Positions 37,418 through 51,294 of a stretch of 64,000 nucleotides of DNA are shown here, one piece after another (positions within the stretch are counted from its first letter, which is position 1; every line of letters starts with the position of its first letter). Location of the stretch: positions 323,330,001 through 323,394,000 of the forward strand of contig OZ024742.1 in assembly GCA_964016885.1 (NCBI GenBank), given 5' to 3'. The notes under the pieces are model-generated. The model was not told the origin of the DNA. It saw nothing but the letters and a program-made list of their open reading frames with translations, and did no database searches. The translations under genes were made by a program, and so were the position numbers. The DNA comes from Eledone cirrhosa. Its lineage: Eukaryota.

Positions 37418-39840
37418 ATAATAATAATGAAATATTGTGTACAGTGCTCAGGTGCACTACAACTCATCAAAAAGTGTATGTATAGTACATAGGGTAATGT
37501 ACAAACATCAGGAAAATGAACAGTGTATGAGTCATGATATACACATAATAATGAAATTATTGTGTAAAGTGCTCAGGTACACTACAACTCGTCAAAGGTG
37601 TATGTATAGTACATAGAATAATACACAAATGTCAGGGAAGTACATGTGTGTATGTGTTAGCTGTAGTGTTGGCGGATCTCGGGAAGCATGGAGGCCTTAA
37701 AGGATGCAGTGTCTCGACAGCTAACAACTGATGCAGGTAGTTTGTTCCATGCTTCAGCAACTCTGAGCGTGAAAAAATGTTTCTGAAAGTCATGGGAACT
37801 GTGCTGTTTTCTTACTTTGTGGGCATGTCCACGTGTGTTAGACACATGGAAATCAAAAAGGTACTCAGGGTTGTTGTTGGAAACATGGTTAACAATTTTG
37901 TGGGTGTTTACGAAGTCAGTTGCCAGGCGTCGGAGCTTCAATGAATCCATGCCCAAGGAAGCAAGGCGCTCAGAGTATGGTAGATGCCTGATGGAGGGTA
38001 TTCGCTTGGTTGCACGTCTCTGAACAGTTTCCAGGCGGTCAATGTTCTGAGTAAGATAGGGGTTCCAGACAGGTGATGCAAATTCTAAGTGTGGTCGCAC
38101 CATAGCTGTATACAGCCTTAAATAGATATCTGGAGAGCGGCTGACAAAGGTCTTGCTGAGTGATGCTAAGACACCTTCGGCCCTCTTGACAATTTTAGAG
38201 ACGTGCCTCGTCCAACGCAAATCGCTGATGACCGTAATGCCCAGGTCACGTTCACAGGAAGACTTCTTGATATTAGTGCTGTGGAGGGAGTATGTGGACG
38301 CTGGGTTTTTACTCCCAAAATGCATGGTGGTGCACTTTTCCACAGCTAGCTTGAGTTGCCAGTCTGAGATCCGTTGTTGCATTGTGTCCAGGTCAGACTG
38401 CAAGCAATATCTATAGTGTTCAGGATCTGTCCTTTTTATCTCAAGGTACAGCTTGATGTCGTCTGCGTACTTTAGTACTGTGGCATTCCTTAAGTTGGCA
38501 TCTATGTCATTAATATATGCCACAAACAAAAGGGGGCCAAGAACAGATCCCTGTGGTACACCAGATGACATCTCATATGGTGAGGAATGCTGTCCCAGAA
38601 CCGTGACTACCTCTCTTCGACTGAGAATGAAGGACTTCAACCAGTTAAAAAGATCATCCTTCACACCCATTGCAGAGAGTTTTGCCATAAGCCTTTTGTG
38701 TGGCACAGAATTGAAGGCCTTCGCAAAGTCAAGGTAAACAACATCCACCCATGAGCCGCCATCAGTGATCCGGGTGATGTCCTCAAGAAACTCTATAAGT
38801 TGGTCACAGCAGCTGGAGTTGGGGATAAATCCAAATTGCGAGGGCCGGATAAGACTGTGAGAGCTCCAGAAGTTCCAAAGTGTTTCTCTGACACAGGATT
38901 CCATCAGTTTGGCAATGCAACTAGTAAGACTGACTGGACGATAGTTCACAGGTGATGTGCGGTCGCCCTTTTTGAACAGAGGATTGACACTGGCAGTTTT
39001 CCACTGTTCTGGAGTAGCACTGTTGTTCAGACAGAATTGGAAGAAGCGTGATAACTGGTGTAGAAGGAAGTACCCACCACGCTTAAGAAGCAGGTACGTA
39101 ACACTATCAAGACCAGGAGAGGCATGGTTGCGTTTATTTTTTAGGTGACGTCGCAGCATTGCAGGTGTAAATTCCATGGTTGTAATAGAGTCTGGTGTCA
39201 TAGATGGTGGAGATGGTACACTCTGGTCTTCAATAGTGAAAATGCCTGCATAGCATTCAGCAATGAGCTCTGCGCATTCCTTGGGGTCGTCAGTAACCTG
39301 GCTTGTGTGGGGATTGCGAAGAGGACCAACTGGAGAGTGAGGCCTCTGCTTTGAGTGAACATACTTCCAGAACACCTTACTGTCAGGACTGGTTGCTATG
39401 CGCTGCTCAAATTGAAGCACTGCCTTTTTTGTCACCTGTTTGAGGTGGTTGGACGATCTATTTCGCCTCTTCCTATTAATGTCTGATTTGTGATTTTCTA
39501 CTCACGTTCAGCATTGCGCCGTTATTTTCTGGCAAGACGGACTGCTGCAGTCTCCCAAATTGCGCTTTTGGGATGTTTTTCCGCTTACGTGGCACCGATG
39601 CTGCACATGCTGTCCATATTGAGCTCAGGATGTTCTGGAGTACAGTGTTGACATCTCCAGAGTCGTAGAACTCAAGCCAGTTTGGCCGTTGCAACTCGGT
39701 GCAGTAACAGTTCCAGTCTGCTTTATTCCAGTCAAAGTGAGCAGTTTGGAGATGGTTGTGGTTCTTGTTACTGCCCATGAGGGATAGATTGGCAATGATC
39801 ATAGCATGATCAGAGTCACCTAAAGGTTCCTCAGCATGCT
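37418..39840 (-). mobile_element. CR1-clade LINE, 5'-truncated, with a 592-aa open RT ORF (37657-39435) and a duplicated 3' end
   Basis: NYRPVSLTS, VVYLDFAKAFNSVPH, SGVPQGSVLGPLLF, KYADD, RPHLEFASPVWNP, TRGH, FFTLRVAEAWNKLP; (ATT)n tails at ~37418 and ~37545. Confidence 0.93.
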
Positions 39841-39999
39841 ACACAAAGATGAGTAATTGTTTTTGGCGATTAGAATAAAAATAATAAATATAATAAGACT
39901 TTAAAAAAAATAATAAGACGGTCAGCTTTGTATCTTAAAACTCGGTGTGGATACCGGGCTAATTAGTATCAAAAGCGTTAATCTCGATAAAGAAAAGCA

Positions 40000-40262
40000 G
40001 AGTTACTTCCCCTGATACATGAAAGTTTTTCACCAACACCGTATTTTGTTTACCATATTGATATATTCATGTAATCGTGTTTCTGTCATCTATCTGTTTG
40101 TTGTTATTAATGCTATCATCATTAGGATTTTGTTGTTTGGAAGGGAATTCAAGAGCCTTAAGTTATGGTTTTGCGGATTTTATCGTCTTAGAATTTGACA
40201 GTGGCTGTATGAAATTATCAGGTATTTTATATTTCGGCGATATTGTTATATAAGTATTATTA
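40000..40262 (+). promoter_or_regulatory. Putative promoter motif and non-coding first exon of ZNF-B
   Basis: AGTTACTTCCCCTG at 40001-40014; exon similar to the ZNF-A copy; the homologous donor reads ATAAGT at 40250. Confidence 0.55.
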
Positions 40263-40558
40263 ATAACATCAACATTTATAGTCTACACTTGTTTTATCAA
40301 CGTCTTTTTTCTTCTTTATATATATATATATTGCATTTCACCAAGTCAGTTTACTCTTAGACAAAGAAAAAAGTAGAAACAGTTTACGAAAATAGTTTGA
40401 GTTGATTATTTAAGTCTAGCATTAGCCTTTTGTTCTGACATAGCTTGAAAAAAAATCCTGAATATAGTGATATTTTATTTGCAAGGATGAAATTTTCATT
40501 ACAAATGCAAACATTTATTCACATATTTTGTTTTAAGGATTTCTTTACAATATAAAAA

Positions 40559-40708
40559 GAAAATATATCCTCTGATTCACCGGATTCATTGCGTATATAA
40601 ACATGTTTGGGTTAGGACGAGGGTTAGCTAGAGTTAGGCTTCCTTAAGGTTACCCTGTTGGCGCGTGTGAATGTGAAATATATCCGGTGAATCAGACGAT
40701 GTATTTTC
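40559..40708. mobile_element. Small foldback element in the putative ZNF-B intron
   Basis: 27-bp inverted repeats gaaaatatatcctctgattcaccggat (25/27); internal GGGTTAG motifs. Confidence 0.65.
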
Positions 40709-42160
40709 ATTGACTTATTTTGGGATCTATTGTCAATGATACTGGGGAGCGGTAAAAATCCAAGCTTATATACAAAAATATTTATTGGAGGCGGAGTATG
40801 TCTGGTTTGAATCCATATTAGAACGAAACATTCGCTTCGGTAATTCAAGAAACTCCAAATCATTATTCCTTTACATTCCCCTTTTCCATTTAAAAAAAAA
40901 CTATGTCGCAAGTCTACAGTTTTACCACTACAGTATCCGAAATTTTGTTGCACAACATATATTGTAAACGTGGTAGTGTATTACACTGAATGTCTTATAT
41001 ATTATCTGCCTGAGTTGAAAAATATTCCAGAATGTCTACCAAGTATTTGAGCGTCAAAAAAAAAAAAAAAATGTTGATATATAAGGTTTGCTTTTAGGCA
41101 TAGGTCAATCCGAGGTTATAGTAGAAGATACCCAAGATCTCACGCAGTGTAATTGAACCTGAAACCACATGATTGTGAAGCAAACTTCTTAACAACACAA
41201 CCACGTCTGTGCCTATATATATATATATATGTGTGTGTGTGTAAACTTACATTAGTTTCGTAAATTTAGATTTCAAAATTTAAGTTTTCAGTTTAACCCT
41301 TGTGATTCATCGATTGTAATTTCCTTAAGATTAGTTAGGCTTGTAGGGACCTTATTTATACTCATCATTTCTCGAGGTCAAATCTCTACTTTTTCAATAT
41401 TATTGTATTTAATAGTTAATTATCCTTCCTTAACTCTTTCGTTACCATATTTCTAATGAAAGAAACTACTTATGATTTTGAAATCATTTTCAAAATAATA
41501 AAAAATGGGGGGCTAGCAACAATAACTTTCTCCTTATTTATCTGGTGTTTGGGATATAGCTTAAGAAATGTTCTCACATAAAACTATGTTGGAAGGTTTA
41601 AAATACAGTTTTGTATAGTAGAATCAGAGGCATTTGATATCAAAAGGATTAATCTCATGTACTGTTTCTTTATTTCAGTATGCCAGGTGACATGGGCAAA
41701 GATTTTTCACTTCAAATGGTTCAGCATATCACCTTTTGAAGACCAAAGGAAGATGTTATGAAAAACACATATGACCCTGTTTAGATAACTCCATAATTGA
41801 GATGCTGTAAAATATTTCCTTTGAACTGAGATTAATTATAAAAATTTATTTACTGATTAGAAATGTTCTAACGTGTCAAATTTATCATGAAGATATAGTT
41901 GGATTCTATACTGGAGTTTTCAAATATGGATATAGATATGTCTTGTGTTACTCTATTCGTTGGTTTGTTATTCCAAGAGAAAGTGCTGTAGTATAACCTA
42001 CTAAAACACTCATCTCTTTATCTAAGTGACTGTGGGTAACTGTCTGCAACATCTTTAAAATTTGACAAAGAAAATTATGTTATGGGAGAAATATTTGTTA
42101 TAGATAAGATAAAAGAAAAAGAGGGAAAAATATTTTGTTGTGTGATGAAAATAGAAAACT

Positions 42161-43681
42161 ATGGAGAAAGAATTGTTTGAAAGTCAGGATAACAGTAAAA
42201 CACAACATAAAAATATTTTAAATGATGAAATAATTAATAAATCATACCACTGTGATATTAATGGGAAGTCAATCACCACAGAAAACCAATTAAATCAATG
42301 CAAATTAATTGATGAAGTATTGACAGTTCTCTGTTGTGATATTTGTGGTAAAAGATTTCCAAGTAATAGTTTATTATCTTGTCACAAACATATTCACACA
42401 GAGAAGAAACCATATCAGTGTGATGTCTGTGATAAATCATTCTCTCAAAGTTGTCATTTGTCATTACACAAACATATTCATGGAGAAAACAAACCTCATC
42501 ACTGTGATATCTGTGGTAAATCTTTCTCTCAAAGAAGTCACTTGATTACTCACAAACATATTCATACAAGAGAGAAGCCACATCAATGTGATATATGTGG
42601 TAATTCCTTTTCTCAAAAAAGTTACTTAACTAGACATAGAATTATTCATTCAGGATTGAAGCCATATCACTGTGATGTTTGTGGTAAATCATTCTCTCAT
42701 AGAAATGTCTTAATTACGCACAAACATATTCATACAGGAGAGAAACCATATCACTGTGATAGCTGTGGTAAATCATTCTCTCAAAGAAGTATCTTGAATG
42801 ATCATAAACGTATTCATACAGGAATAAAACCATATGAATGTGACATCTGTGGAAAATCCTTTTCTCGAAGAAGTTATTTAACTTCACACCAACACGTGCA
42901 TACTGGGGAGAAGCCATATCACTGTGATATCTGTAATAAATCATTTACTCAAAAAAACCAACTAACTACACACCAACGGATTCATACAGGAGAAAAACCA
43001 TATTATTGTGATATATGTGATAAGTCTTACTCTCGAAAGAGTATTTTGACTTCGCACAAACGTATTCACACAGGAGAGAAACCATATCACTGTGATATCT
43101 GTGGTGAGACATTTTCCCAAACAAATATCTTAACTACACACAAACTTATTCATACAGGAGAGAAGCCATATCACTGTGATATCTGTGGTAAATCATTTTC
43201 TCAAAGAAGTATCTTAACTGCACACATACGTATTCACACAGGAGAGAAACCATATCAATGTGATATCTGTGATGAAGCATTTTCCCAAAGAAGTCCATTG
43301 GCTATACACAAACGTCTTCATACAGGGGAGAAACCGTACCACTGTGATATATGTGGTAAAATATTTTCTCTAAAAAGCAGTTTATATTGTCATAAATTTA
43401 TTCACACAGGTGAGAAACCATATAAATGTGATACCTGTGGTAAGTCATTCTCTCACAGTAGCTACCTATCATGCCATAGACGTGTTCACACTGGAGAAAA
43501 ACCATATCAGTGTGATATCTGTGGTAAAGCATTCTCGCAAAGAGGTCAGGTACGCAGCCACAAATATATTCACACAGGAGAGAAACCATACCTCTGTGAT
43601 GTTTGTGGCAAATTATTCTCTCAGAGTAATAGTTTATCTTTGCATAAATGTATTTACCCAGGAGAAAAACTGAAACGCTGA
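42161..43681 (+). CDS. C2H2 zinc-finger protein, 506 aa, 15 intact fingers plus degenerate N- and C-terminal fingers (ZNF-B)
   Basis: Open ORF with tandem [17 protein letters not shown] repeats; acceptor tttctttatttcag ending at 41678. Confidence 0.93.
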   Translation: MEKELFESQDNSKTQHKNILNDEIINKSYHCDINGKSITTENQLNQCKLIDEVLTVLCCDICGKRFPSNSLLSCHKHIHTEKKPYQCDVCDKSFSQSCHLSLHKHIHGENKPHHCDICGKSFSQRSHLITHKHIHTREKPHQCDICGNSFSQKSYLTRHRIIHSGLKPYHCDVCGKSFSHRNVLITHKHIHTGEKPYHCDSCGKSFSQRSILNDHKRIHTGIKPYECDICGKSFSRRSYLTSHQHVHTGEKPYHCDICNKSFTQKNQLTTHQRIHTGEKPYYCDICDKSYSRKSILTSHKRIHTGEKPYHCDICGETFSQTNILTTHKLIHTGEKPYHCDICGKSFSQRSILTAHIRIHTGEKPYQCDICDEAFSQRSPLAIHKRLHTGEKPYHCDICGKIFSLKSSLYCHKFIHTGEKPYKCDTCGKSFSHSSYLSCHRRVHTGEKPYQCDICGKAFSQRGQVRSHKYIHTGEKPYLCDVCGKLFSQSNSLSLHKCIYPGEKLKR

Positions 43682-45719
43682 GATATGGAAAGTCCTTTCA
43701 AAGAAGCTATTTTTTTTTCTACAAATATGCTTACACAAGACAAAATCATGGCCATGACTGAAATCATTAAAATACTAATAGTCACAGTTATGTTGTATGA
43801 GATTTTTGGATGGAATTTTGTCAGAGGGTTTTATATTTAGATTTATCCAAATCCCTCTGAGAATAAAATGTGAACTTGTTTCCTGGTGTAATTTTTTACT
43901 TTTCAGTCTTATAATAATATCATGCTAAACAAAGCGTCAGAATTACACTTCAGTTGTGTCAAAGATATGACAACCTCTCTAATGTTTGCGATAGAACACC
44001 TGCCACACAAAGGGTCAAGAGAACTCTTCAGCTGTGTCAAAGACACAACCTCCCACTGTTTGTGCCACAATAGAATGCACCCAGTAGAGCATGGAAACAT
44101 ATGCAAGAGGTATGGCCCTGGCCCTTCTGAGAGGTCAGTAGCTTTGCTTGAGTATTAAATCTGCTTTTGAAGACCAGTCCATTTGCTAGTGGAGAAGACA
44201 GTAAATGATGATATAATAATATATTGTAATACTGTCCAACCCATGCCAGCATGTAAAATGATAATGTATTATATTATTATCCAAACTCTATTATTCAAAT
44301 CACCTGTGTGTATTTAATATTGTTGTTTGCTTCTTTGAATTATACTATGCAATTATATATCTAGGTGTATGCTGCTGTTTTAGTTATATTAGATGTTCAA
44401 GTCTAAATCTGTTTCAATTGTAAATCACTGAGTGTTATCCTTTAATGACATATACACATGAAATCTATAATGTCTCTTTTCTTGTACTAGGATTTTTTTC
44501 AACACGCTGACATGTATGTGTGTATGTGCATATATATACATTTATATGTATGAGTATATAAATATAAATATGCAAACACGGACATACATTCACACAAACA
44601 CAGCATAGTAAATGGAATGCCAGCCAGTTTTGCTATAGTTTTTTCACCATCCCCTCTTGCCTTTTACACACACACATTCACACAAACACAGACATTGTGT
44701 ACCGGACAGACAGAAGTCGCTCAAATTTATATATAGATGGAAATGGAATGGATCTCCATTAGTCTTGACAATGAATATTCCAGTTGTTTGATCAACAGAA
44801 CAGCCTGTCATCTCATTTATGAGATTCAATATCTTGAGATCAGTCGTCACCACTTCTGTCCAGGTCTTTCTTGGTTTTCCTTCTTCCACAACTTCCTTAC
44901 ATTTGAAACTCCTTCATCTAACAATCACTATCTATGCACATCACATGTCCACACCAGTGCAATCTTCTTATATATCATTCCTTTTATACTGTTTTTCTCT
45001 CTACTCATCTACTGTCTGTATATTGTATTGAAAGCTGATACATGTCTGGGAATGAAATTGCTAATTGTACTTATTCGATTTTTGAAACTCATTAATATAT
45101 AAATAAAATTATTTTGATACATTTTCCAGTTTTAAATCTTAATTCCCAGACATAGGTGCCAACATGGCTGTTTAAGTTATTTGCTTTGTAACCTTGTGGT
45201 TTCAGGTTCAGTCCCACACTGGCATCTTCTGAAAGTATCTTCTACTACAGCCTCAGCTTGTGAGTGAAATATGGTAGATGGAAACTATGCAGAAGCCCAT
45301 TGTATAAATTTCTAACATAAGCACAAAACTTAAATTGGGTAGGTATAGTTAATAAATGTTACAAGCAGAAAAATGTAATTTACCAATTAATCCCATTAAT
45401 TCATAAGTTTATTCTGTTTGGCTATGAAGGCAGTGACCCCCTCCCCAACCTTCACTGCAGCATCTATATTAATTTGTAAGTATTATTTATATATAAATGG
45501 TGGGTACTTTTAATTTTCATTAGTTTTTTTTGCAAGCCCATGCAAGGTGTTCCAAATGTTTTCTAGCCCAATGCCCCTAGCTGTTTTGATCTAATCCTGA
45601 CAACAGTATAAAATAAATAAAAGACACAATGATGTTTTTTTTTTTATTGTTTTATTAATTTATTTGCTAGGTCTGTGCCTGTGAAATTTTCAGGCCCTTG
45701 TTTTTAGTCAATACTTAAT

Positions 45720-45885
45720 ATTTTTATAATTTTCAAATCAATATTAATTTTTTTTTATATAATATACTGATTCCTTAGTTCAGGTAATTATGTGATAGGA
45801 CATAATGATTTTCCACTTTGGATTCATCAACATATTTATTGGCTTTTGAAGATGAAAAGAAGACTTTATGAAGAACACATGTATC
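45720..45885 (+). other. Orphan copy of the ZNF acceptor/5'UTR block with no ZNF ORF after it
   Basis: ggacat..gatttt.cact..ttcatcaacatattta..gaagatgaaaagaagactttatgaagaa matches 50700-50800 and in part 56665-56720; upstream tttcaaatcaatattaa is shared with ~56610. Confidence 0.6.
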
Positions 45886-47201
45886 GCTATACAAATAACA
45901 TGTAGGACACTTGTATGGGGTAAAATCATAAGAAGTTGAGGCACATATTGATTTCCTTTAGGAGCAGAAGTTTCCAGGTTCAAAATGAGACACTTTTCCT
46001 TGTGTTTGTGGGAGCCATAGTCTAGAAGAGTGGGTAAAAACGTTTTACCACATTTTGTACTTAGATTCGAAACTTTATTCAGAAGTATTTATACATATTA
46101 GCATAGCACAAAGTAGAAAAATAGATAAACATACAGAAAAATTATGTTCTTCCCTCTTTAGTAAAAAAAAATGGAGCAAAGTTATCAATGAGAAATATAT
46201 GCTTCATGGTTGTTTTTGGCAATGTTTTCATTCTTAGTTTAGTTGTTTCTCACTTGGGGAGTTGTATATGAACTTTATTACAAATTTCAATTTGTAATTT
46301 TCATATTTTGAAATAAAATCTTGCTCTTTTGTGGTGCACAGTTTAGGAACCACTAGTCTAGAATGACATCACAAGGGGTGAAGTGGTTAATGAAGTGGCC
46401 AAGAGAGTTCAAGTAATGGGCTACATGTTTGAGGACAACCAAGGCTTTGAAGAGAAGTTCATGGAAACAGTCCACCAAATGGTACTCCAAACAGTGAATC
46501 AGAAATTAAATTCTTTGCTGTTTATTTAAAGTTGCATGGTGGATTGTCTTTTGATTGGTGACATTACATATTCTTATTGAGTTTCTGTTTCTGACAATCT
46601 TCCTAGAGTTGGGGCTAAAATAAAATGCACCTAGTACATTCTGTAAAGTGGTTTGTGTTAGGAAAGGCTATAGAAAGTTTTCCAAAAAGAGTTAAGGGGA
46701 CTTTTCAGTCACGTTGCATACATGACAACCTCACTAGTGATGATGCACCCAGTACACCCTGTAAAGAAGGGCATCTAGCCATACAAAACTTGCCAAACAA
46801 AGGTTCGATCTGGTGCATCCTGTAAAATGTGGAAATATGTCTGCGAGGCCAGAGGCACCGACTACAACACTTGGTAGCAAAGAAAATGTATGTTAAATGA
46901 TGATGATGAGATTCACTTCAGTTTACACATGATATTGATGCGGGGTTGTCATAATTTCAATGTAATGTAGTCGGTTGATACATACCTAAGCTGGAGTCAC
47001 CAACTGAATGTTGTGAGTGTAGATATGGTGTTGTTGAACATATAAGTTTAAGTTGGTTCTAATTAAAATTTCAGTAAAATATTCTATTTATACCTTTTAT
47101 CTTGATTTATTGCCAGGACATAGGAATTTCAGAGGTTTTAGCCAAATCTTCAAAACTGAATATTGACAACACAAACCATATGTATGCACTGTATCTAATA
47201 T

Positions 47202-47392
47202 AATTGATTCTACTTTTGGGCACAAGGCCAGCAATTACCCAGTACATTACTGGTACTTTATTTTATCGACCCCGTAAGGATGAAAGGCAAAGTTAACCTC
47301 GGCGGGATTTGAACTCAGAATGATAAGGGCCGTAACTCTCTGCGTCAAAGCATGGCGTCTGACCCTCTACCGATACTGCCAATCCACCGCCC
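47202..47392 (-). mobile_element. Family-1 SINE
   Basis: Full length; 16-bp TSD ctgtatctaatataat. Confidence 0.9.
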
Positions 47393-48266
47393 TCTGTATC
47401 TAATATAATGATGAAATCTTTAGTCTTCTCTGTAATACTATTTTGTTAAAGATACATTAGTGCTGGGTCATGATAAAATGCACTCAGTCGATCTTGTAAG
47501 GTAGTAGTGTACTCATTATACAATGTACTCATTACATGCTATAAAGTGGTTGGGATTAAGAAGGGTATCTAGCCATAGAAACCATGCTAAAATGGAATAT
47601 ATAAATAAGATATGGTCATCTGACCTATCTAGTCTCAGAATAGGACAGCCTGTTTAATCCATGCCATCATGGAAAACAAACAAAATGGTGAAAGTGATGA
47701 TGATAATGCTGATGACATTGTCATTTATAAAGCATTATGAAATCATGGTTATATATATTGCATAACTTTGTATTTATTGGTTTCTGATTTAGGCACAACG
47801 CCAACAATTTTGGGGAGGAGGGGCAAGTCGACCCCAGTACATCACTAGTGCTTCATTTTATCAACCCCATAAGGATAAAAGCAAAGCTAACCTTGGTGGG
47901 ATTTGAACTCAGAATGTAAAGAGACATAACTCTATGCCGCAAAGCATGTCTGACATTCTACCGATACTGCTTAGCCACCAATTATCTATTGTTTGTTAGA
48001 ATATTTTTTTAATGCCAGAATTTTTCTTGGAGAATGAGAATTTTCTAAACCTTCAGTTTTCTGTGACGTTCTCTAAAAATATATTTTACTTTATGCGTGC
48101 AATGGTATTTGGCTGTTTCAGCACCTTCGTTTTACTATCACCTGTTGTAATGCAGGAAATATTTTCTGTCATTTACTCTCATCCCCTCAACATCCTATAG
48201 TGTTTCGGATTTATTTTTATTCTTGTTGTCAACTTGCTTGGTGAAATAAAATGAATAAGTCTTTAA

Positions 48267-48462
48267 CCCTTTTGATACTAAACCGCTCCTGGTTCAATAA
48301 TACAAAGGTGTCTATTTCATAATTTTATGTAACATGTTCCAAACACCAGCTAAATAATGAAAAATTTACGTATATTTCTAAATTCGCTAAATTATTAATT
48401 ATTTTTAAATGATTTAAAAATCACAGGCAGTATCTTTCATTAGAAATATGGTAACAAAAAGG
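48267..48462. mobile_element. piggyBac-type MITE; related inverted copy at 41434-41648
   Basis: TTAA-CCCTTTTGATAC ... GTAACAAAAAGG-TTAA; internal attagaaatatggtaac shared with the reverse complement of 41440-41457. Confidence 0.65.
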
Positions 48463-48555
48463 TTAAAAAGTAGAGAATATGTGGAATCTCCTCCCTATTT
48501 TTTGTGTCTTTTTCATTAACACACAATCACCCTTTCTCTTTCTCGGAGAGAAAAA

Positions 48556-49190
48556 GGAGTTAGTTCCCCTGGTAATTTAATATAGCTACTCTCGAGTCGC
48601 GAATATCCCTTTTCCCATCCCTCTTATTAATTATTCTAACCCTACTCCCGTTTATTACATTTTGCTAATCTATCTCCGGCGAAATTTTATTTTAAGTGGT
48701 AGCAATTAATTTTCTTTAATCATTAAAAAACACTATACATGACAAACAAAAAATTACAAGAATTCCTATACGTTACAAAATAAATAGGATGGGTTGGAGT
48801 CTCAATATGTAAACTAATCGAGTAGTTTTTGTTGTTGTTATTTTTAATAAGGGGCCTTGTACCAAAAGTAGAAAGTTATTTTTAATAAAGGGAGACACCC
48901 TTGAACAGTTACCGATTTTTCATCCCAACCCCTATTATTTGGGACCCGAGAATATTCTCCAACACTTTTTGTTTATCACATTGTTAATGTAATAGATTGG
49001 TGTAGAAATCTAGTAATAAGCATGAAGTAATTGTCTTTTACGTAATTTTGTTGTGTAAAGAAATGTTTAAGATCAGGAAGCTGTGTGTAACGAAGTTGAG
49101 TTTAATCTCGAGGACTTTAAGTCTGACAATATAAATACATCTTACCATGTTTCTTATTCGGACTACATTCATTTGTAAGTATTATTAATT
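48556..49190 (+). promoter_or_regulatory. Putative promoter motif and non-coding first exon of ZNF-C
   Basis: AGTTAGTTCCCCTG at 48558-48571; aagatcaggaag..caatataa..acatctt..GTAAGTattattaat (donor 49175) shared with 61820-61928. Confidence 0.55.
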
Positions 49191-49911
49191 ATTATTATTA
49201 TGAGGTTTCCTTAGTTTTGGGGGAATTTATGTTTGACGTATATATATCGCAACTACTCAGGGTTGAACTAACCATTAAGAAAAATAAGAACATGCTTGGT
49301 CATCAAGGAAAAAGGGGCACCATTTTTGTTGCAGACTTTATATATGGAGACACCATAATTCTTTAAGTACTTAGGGTCTCAAAAGTACTTAAACCGGCAC
49401 TGCAGCTTCCTCAATATACGTGTATAAGCGTTTTATACGTATGATCACAGCTTAAAATACCTACAGCGTGACTATATTTATTATACATAAACATTTTGAA
49501 TACAGGTCTGTATACATCTTTGATATATATATATATCAGTGTTTATCTTGTTATTTTCTAGTATTCTTGAAACGAAAGTGAAATATTGCTCTGCTTTTAG
49601 CAAAATTAACTAACAGAACGAACGAAAATACTCACCCCCATCCCACCACAAAAAAAAAACTGACATTGATAAAATTGTACTTGACAAGAAATACAGTAAT
49701 TCATTTTCTTCGTTTTGCTCTTTTCAGTCATTAAACTGCGGTCATGGTGGAGTACCGTCTTGTAGGGATTTAGTCTATTATATTGACCTAGTACTTATCC
49801 TTTCAAGTCTGGTACTTCATCATCATCGATTAACGTCTAGCATGGTTTACCGAACCATTGAATTACGGAATATAAACAAACAGCAAACACACATACATAC
49901 ATAACACACAT

Positions 49912-50054
49912 CAGGGCCGTCTTAACAGCATTATATCCCCCCCCCCCCCGGGCAAAGCAGAGCACTGGGGCCCCTACCTACACGACCACTCACAGGAATA
50001 AAAATACAAATGGGCCCCCTATCCTCGTGGGGCCCCCGCGTTAAGACGGCCCTG
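49912..50054. mobile_element. hAT-type MITE in the putative ZNF-C intron
   Basis: 15-bp TIR CAGGGCCGTCTTAAC; 8-bp TSD ACACACAT. Confidence 0.88.
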
Positions 50055-51294
50055 ACACACATCAGTTATCAATCGAATACCTGCTCAGATCCACTGTTTC
50101 AATATGTACCAAATTGTTTCAATCCAACAATCTGCAACCTCGATAAGGCAGCATTGCATCATTGAATCCATCAATTTTCTAAGTGCTGCTCGCAAGCATT
50201 CCTCTGTAAGTTGCATCGATCACATGTTACATGCTGGCAATCATGTTGTTCGCTATTACACATTGAGCTACAGTTGGCCGTGACTGCTATGCTTAATACA
50301 GTGTTCGAAAGTACACTAAAGGCAATCTTTAAAGTGATAGTGAAAATTGGGACGTAAAAAGAAACGAGGGAACGAAATTAATTTCTGTATGTAATATGTG
50401 CTGCTGTAGTTAGGGGGTTTGGTTCACGATAAGCAATGTCATGGGTTAGATTCCTGGACCTGGCGGCACATTGCATTTTTTAACAAAGCATTTTACGTTG
50501 TTCTAATTCATTTGACTGAAAACGAGTACGAGCTGAGGGTTAAAACCGTGATGAAGTGGTATTCGGTCCAGTAATTACTCTTGTACTCTTGGTCACTTGA
50601 TACCGATGAAACTGAGATAGCTCTGGCATTTTTTAATCTATCATGTTGCGTGTAAATATTATTGAATTGTCTCATATATATTATACTTCTTTATTTCAGG
50701 ATATCTGATGATGTGGACATGTAGATTTTTTATTTCAAATTCATCAACATATTTATCATCATTTAAAGATGAAAAGAAGACTTTATGAAGAAAACGTAAA
50801 CTCTTTGCTATAAAATCTAGGTTAAATTTATCATCGACTTTAACACTTAAATGTCAATTTTTCTCCCAAACTGAGATAGGTTTGTTGCATCTACTATAAC
50901 AGCATATTATCCATAATCATTGTCTTTCTTCACCACTTCTATGAGACACACTATTCTGAGATGCATTTTAATAGACAAATATATATTTGTAATCAGAGTC
51001 TAACTGATGCATGCATGGAAAATAAATGTTAAACAGATATTGACAGAGATAACTGTGTTGTGGATGATATATATATGGTATGGATTGGAATAAGGAAAGA
51101 ATTTTAAACAGTTTTGTATTGTGTAAAGAAGAAATTGCATAAAAATAAATTTATATTTTTCTGATCAAAAACTGAAGAAATCACTCTGATATCAATGGGA
51201 AGTCATCTACATTGGAAACCAATTAATTCAACATAGATTAATTGACAGAAGTTCAATACTTTATAATTATAATATTTGTGGTAAAATCTTCATT

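Noticed and set aside
40605-40640. Interstitial telomere (GGGTTAG)
   Set aside because: Only isolated motifs inside a small foldback element
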